A program made the position numbers and the translations under genes. Below, in pieces: positions 60,701 to 64,000 of a stretch of 64,000 bases of DNA. Numbering within the stretch: position 1 is the stretch's first letter; each line of letters opens with the position of its first letter. Location: NCBI GenBank assembly GCA_964016885.1, contig OZ024742.1, positions 292,764,001 through 292,828,000 on the forward strand, read 5' to 3'. A model generated the notes under the pieces. That model made no database searches. It was not told where the DNA came from and saw only the letters and a program-made list of their open reading frames with translations. Source of the DNA: Eledone cirrhosa (taxonomy: Eukaryota).

Positions 60701-62150
60701 TATCTAGTCATAAACACAACTATATTACTGAGTCAAGGTGATAGCTTAATAGATATATCTAGTCATCAACACAACTATATTACTGAGTCAAGGTGATAGC
60801 TTAATAGATATATCTAGTCATAAACACAACTATATTACTGAGTCAAGGTGATAGCTTTATAGATATATCTGGTCATAAACACAACTATACTGTGTCAAGG
60901 TGATAGCTTAATAGATATATCTGGTCATAAACACAACTATGTTACTGAGTCAAGGTGATAGCTTAATAGATATATCTGGTCATAAACACAACTATACTGT
61001 GTCAAGGTGATAGCTTAATAGATATATCTGGTCATAAACACAACTATATTACTGAGTCAAAGTGATAGCTTAATAGATGTATCTAGTCATAAACCAACTA
61101 TATTACTGAGTCAAGGTGATAGCTTAATAGATATATCTAGTCATAAACACAACTATACTGAGTCAAGGTGATAGCTTAATAGATATATCTAGTCATAAAC
61201 ACAACTATATTAGTGAGTCAAGGTGATAGCTTGATAGATATATCTAGTCATCAACACAACTATATTACTGAGTCAAGGTGATGGCTTAATAGATATATCT
61301 AGTCATAAACACAACTATATTACTGAGTCAAGGTGATAGCTTAATAGATATATCTAGTCATAAACACAACTATATTACTGAGTCAAGGTGGTAGCTTAAT
61401 AGATATATCTAGTCATAAACCAACTATATTACTGAGTCAAGGTGATAGCTTAATAGATATATCTAGTCATAAACACAACTATATTAGTGAGTCAAGGTGA
61501 TAGCTTGATAGATATATCTAGTCATCAACACAACTATATTACTGAGTCAAGGTGATGGCTTAATAGATATATCTAGTCATCAACACAACTATATTACTGA
61601 GTCAAGGTGATAGCTTAATAGATATATCTAGTCATAAACACAACTATATTACTGAGTCAAGGTGATAGCTTAATAGATATATCTGGTCATAAACACAACT
61701 ATACTGTGTCAAGGTGATAGCTTAATAGATATATCTGGTCATGAACACAACTATGTTACTGAGTCAAGGTGATAGATTAATAGATATATCTGGTCATAAA
61801 CACAACTATACTGTGTCAAGGTGATAGCTTAATAGATATATCTGGTCATAAACACAACTATATTACTGAGTCAAGGTGATAGCTTAATAGATATATCTAG
61901 TCATAAACACAACTATATTAGTGAGACAAGGTGATAGCTTAATAGATATATCTAGTCATCAACACAACTATATTACTGAGTCAAGGTGATAGCTTAATAG
62001 ATATATCTAGTCATCAACACAACTATATTACTGAGTCAAGGTGATAGCTTAATAGATATATCTAGTCATAAACACAACTATATTACTGAGTCAAGGTGAT
62101 AGCTTAATAGATATATCTGGTCATAAACACAACTATACTGTGTCAAGGTG
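51800..62150 (+). repeat. Overlapping block duplications (offsets 4600, 4438, 2114 bp)
   Basis: ACCGAGTCAA 52561/57161 and AGGTGATACC 52781/57381 (offset 4600). CATGGAGGTAG at 53911/58349/60463. Confidence 0.8.
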
Positions 62151-64000
62151 ATAGCTTAATAGATATATCTGGTCATAAACACAACTATACTGTGTCACGG
62201 TGATAGCTTAATAGATATATCTGGTCATAAACACAACTATACTGTGTCAAGGTGATAGCTTAATAGATATATCTAGTCATAAACACAACTATATTACTGA
62301 GTCAAGGTGTTAGCTTAATAGATATATCTAGTCATAAACACAACTATACTGAGTCAAGGTGATAGCTTAATAGATATATCTAGTCATAAACACAACTATA
62401 TTACTGAGTCAAGGTGATAGCTTAATAGATATATCTAGTCATAAACACAACTATATTACTGAGTCAAGGTGATAGCTTAATAGATGTATCTGGTCATAAA
62501 CACAACTATACTGAGTCAAGGTGATAGCTTAATTGATGTATCTGGTCATAAACACAACTATACTGAGTCAAGGTGATAGCTTAATAGATATATCTAGTCA
62601 TAAACACAACTATACTAAGTCAAGGTGATAGCTTAATAGATATATCTGGTCATAAACACAACTATACTGAGTCAAGGTGATAGCTTAATAGATATATCTG
62701 GTCATAAACACAACTATACTGTGACAAGGTGATAGCTTAATAGATATATCTAGTCATAAACACAACTATATTACTGAGTCAAGGTGATAGCTTAATAGAT
62801 ATATCTAGTCATAAACACAACTATATTACTGAGTCAAGGTGTTAGCTTAATAGATATATCTAGTCATAAACACAACTATACTGAGTCAAGGTGATAGCTT
62901 AATAGATATATCTAGTCATAAACACAACTATATTACTGAGTCATGGAGGTAGCTTAATAGATATATCTAGTCATAAACACAACTATATTACTGAGTCAAG
63001 GTGATAGCTTAATAGATATATCTAGTCATAAACACAACCATATTACTGAGTCAAGGTGATAGCTTAATAGATATATCTAGTCATAAACACAACTATACTG
63101 AGTCAAGGTGATAGCTTAATAGATATATCTAGTCATAAACACAACTATATTACTGAGTCAAGGTGATAGCTTAATAGATATATCTAGTCATAAACACAAC
63201 TATATTACTGAGTCAACGTGATAGCTTAATAGATATATCTAGTCATAAACCAACTATATTACTGAGTCAAGGTGATAGCTTAATAGATATATCTAGTCAT
63301 AAACACAACTATATTAGTGAGTCAAGGTGATAGCTTAATAGATATATCTAGTCATCAACACAACCATATTACTGAGTCAAGGTGATAGCTTAATAGATAT
63401 ATCTAGTCATCAACACAACTATATTACTGAGTCAAGATGATAGCTTAATAGATATATCTAGTCATAAACACAACTATATTACTGAGTCAAGGTGATAGCT
63501 TAATAGATATATCTGGTCATAAACACAACTATACCGTGTCAAGGTGATAGCTTAATATATATATCTGGTCATAAACACTACTATGTTACTGAGTCAAGGT
63601 GATAGCTTAATAGATATATCTGGTCATAAACACAACTATACTGTGTCAAGGTGATAGCTTAATAGATATATCTGGTCATAAACACAACTATATTACTGAG
63701 TCAAAGTGATAGCTTAATAGATATATCTAGTCATAAACCAACTATATTACTGAGTCAAGGTGATAGCTTAATAGATATATCTAGTCATAAACACATCTAT
63801 ATTACTGAGTCAAGGTGATAGCTTAATAGATATATCTAGTCATAAACACAACTATACTGAGTCAAGGTGATTGCTTAATAGATATATCTAGTCATAAACA
63901 CAACTATATAACTGAGTCAAGGTGATAGCTTAATAGATATATCTAGTCATAAACACAACTATATTACTGAGTCAAGGTGATAGCTTAATAGATATATCTG

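Larger units (their letters stand above)
1..64000 (+). repeat. Tandem satellite DNA array of 55/52-bp monomers, about 1,180 head-to-tail copies, extending beyond both window edges
   Basis: Seen directly: the unit ATATATCTAGTCATAAACACAACTATATTACTGAGTCAAGGTGATAGCTTAATAG at 1-55 (this first copy has 2 substitutions) restarts at 56 and continues to 64000. The 52-bp form reads AACTATACTGAG instead of AACTATATTACTGAG. A CTAG/CTGG dimorphism is common. The consensus has 16/55 G+C and no CpG. No inversion or non-repeat insertion was seen. Confidence 0.99.

Noticed and set aside
1-64000. CRISPR array
   Set aside because: There are no unique spacers. The entire unit repeats, with only point variants and small indels, and there is no leader or cas gene.
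1-64000. Repetitive protein-coding ORF on either strand
   Set aside because: Each monomer has multiple TAA/TAG/TGA triplets on both strands. Both 55 and 52 equal 1 mod 3, so every frame meets stops within at most three monomers.
1-64000. Tandem tRNA, 5S, snRNA, spliced-leader or ribozyme gene array
   Set aside because: I recognised no cloverleaf, Pol III A/B boxes or complete hammerhead core (CTGANGA plus GAAA). Only a short AT-rich dyad is present. An Infernal/Rfam scan would be decisive.
1-64000. Transposon, MITE or Helitron insertion, or an inversion within the array
   Set aside because: No non-satellite sequence, terminal inverted repeats, target-site duplications or reverse-orientation monomers were seen.
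1-64000. Pure technical artefact such as a rolling-circle concatemer or random sequencing error
   Set aside because: Rare variants recur in ordered, nested blocks with many different offsets and domain-specific sets, which fits biological evolution. Individual near-identical block copies could still be assembly errors.
1-64000. Telomeric repeat, plasmid iterons or CENP-B box
   Set aside because: There is no G-rich short telomere unit and no rep gene or bounded iteron cluster. The consensus lacks the CpG-containing CENP-B box.

Overview
The whole 64-kb window is one uninterrupted head-to-tail array of AT-rich satellite DNA (about 29% GC), and it runs off both ends. The consensus monomer is 55 bp (ATATATCTAGTCATAAACACAACTATATTACTGAGTCAAGGTGATAGCTTAATAG). 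A common 52-bp variant lacks 3 bp in the TATATTAC tract, and there are roughly 1,180 copies, all in the same orientation. I found no unique sequence, ORF, RNA gene, transposon or CRISPR spacer. The structure lies in the variants: rare substitutions recur in the same order at fixed offsets (hand-counted 5361, 4938, 3754/3859, 1531/1207, 2752, 4262/4317, 1299, 2873, 2328/2380, 4600 and 22060 bp). These define nested kilobase-scale duplications, a local 2873-bp higher-order repeat, a recurring ~8-monomer cassette and a left-to-right turnover of variant sets. The monomer carries a 12-bp palindrome and AP-1, Forkhead, GATA and NR5A-like motifs. This resembles eukaryotic heterochromatic or (peri)centromeric satellite. 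I cannot assign it to a named family or species, and I see no evidence of a novel protein-coding system. Block boundaries are approximate to about 1-2 monomers.
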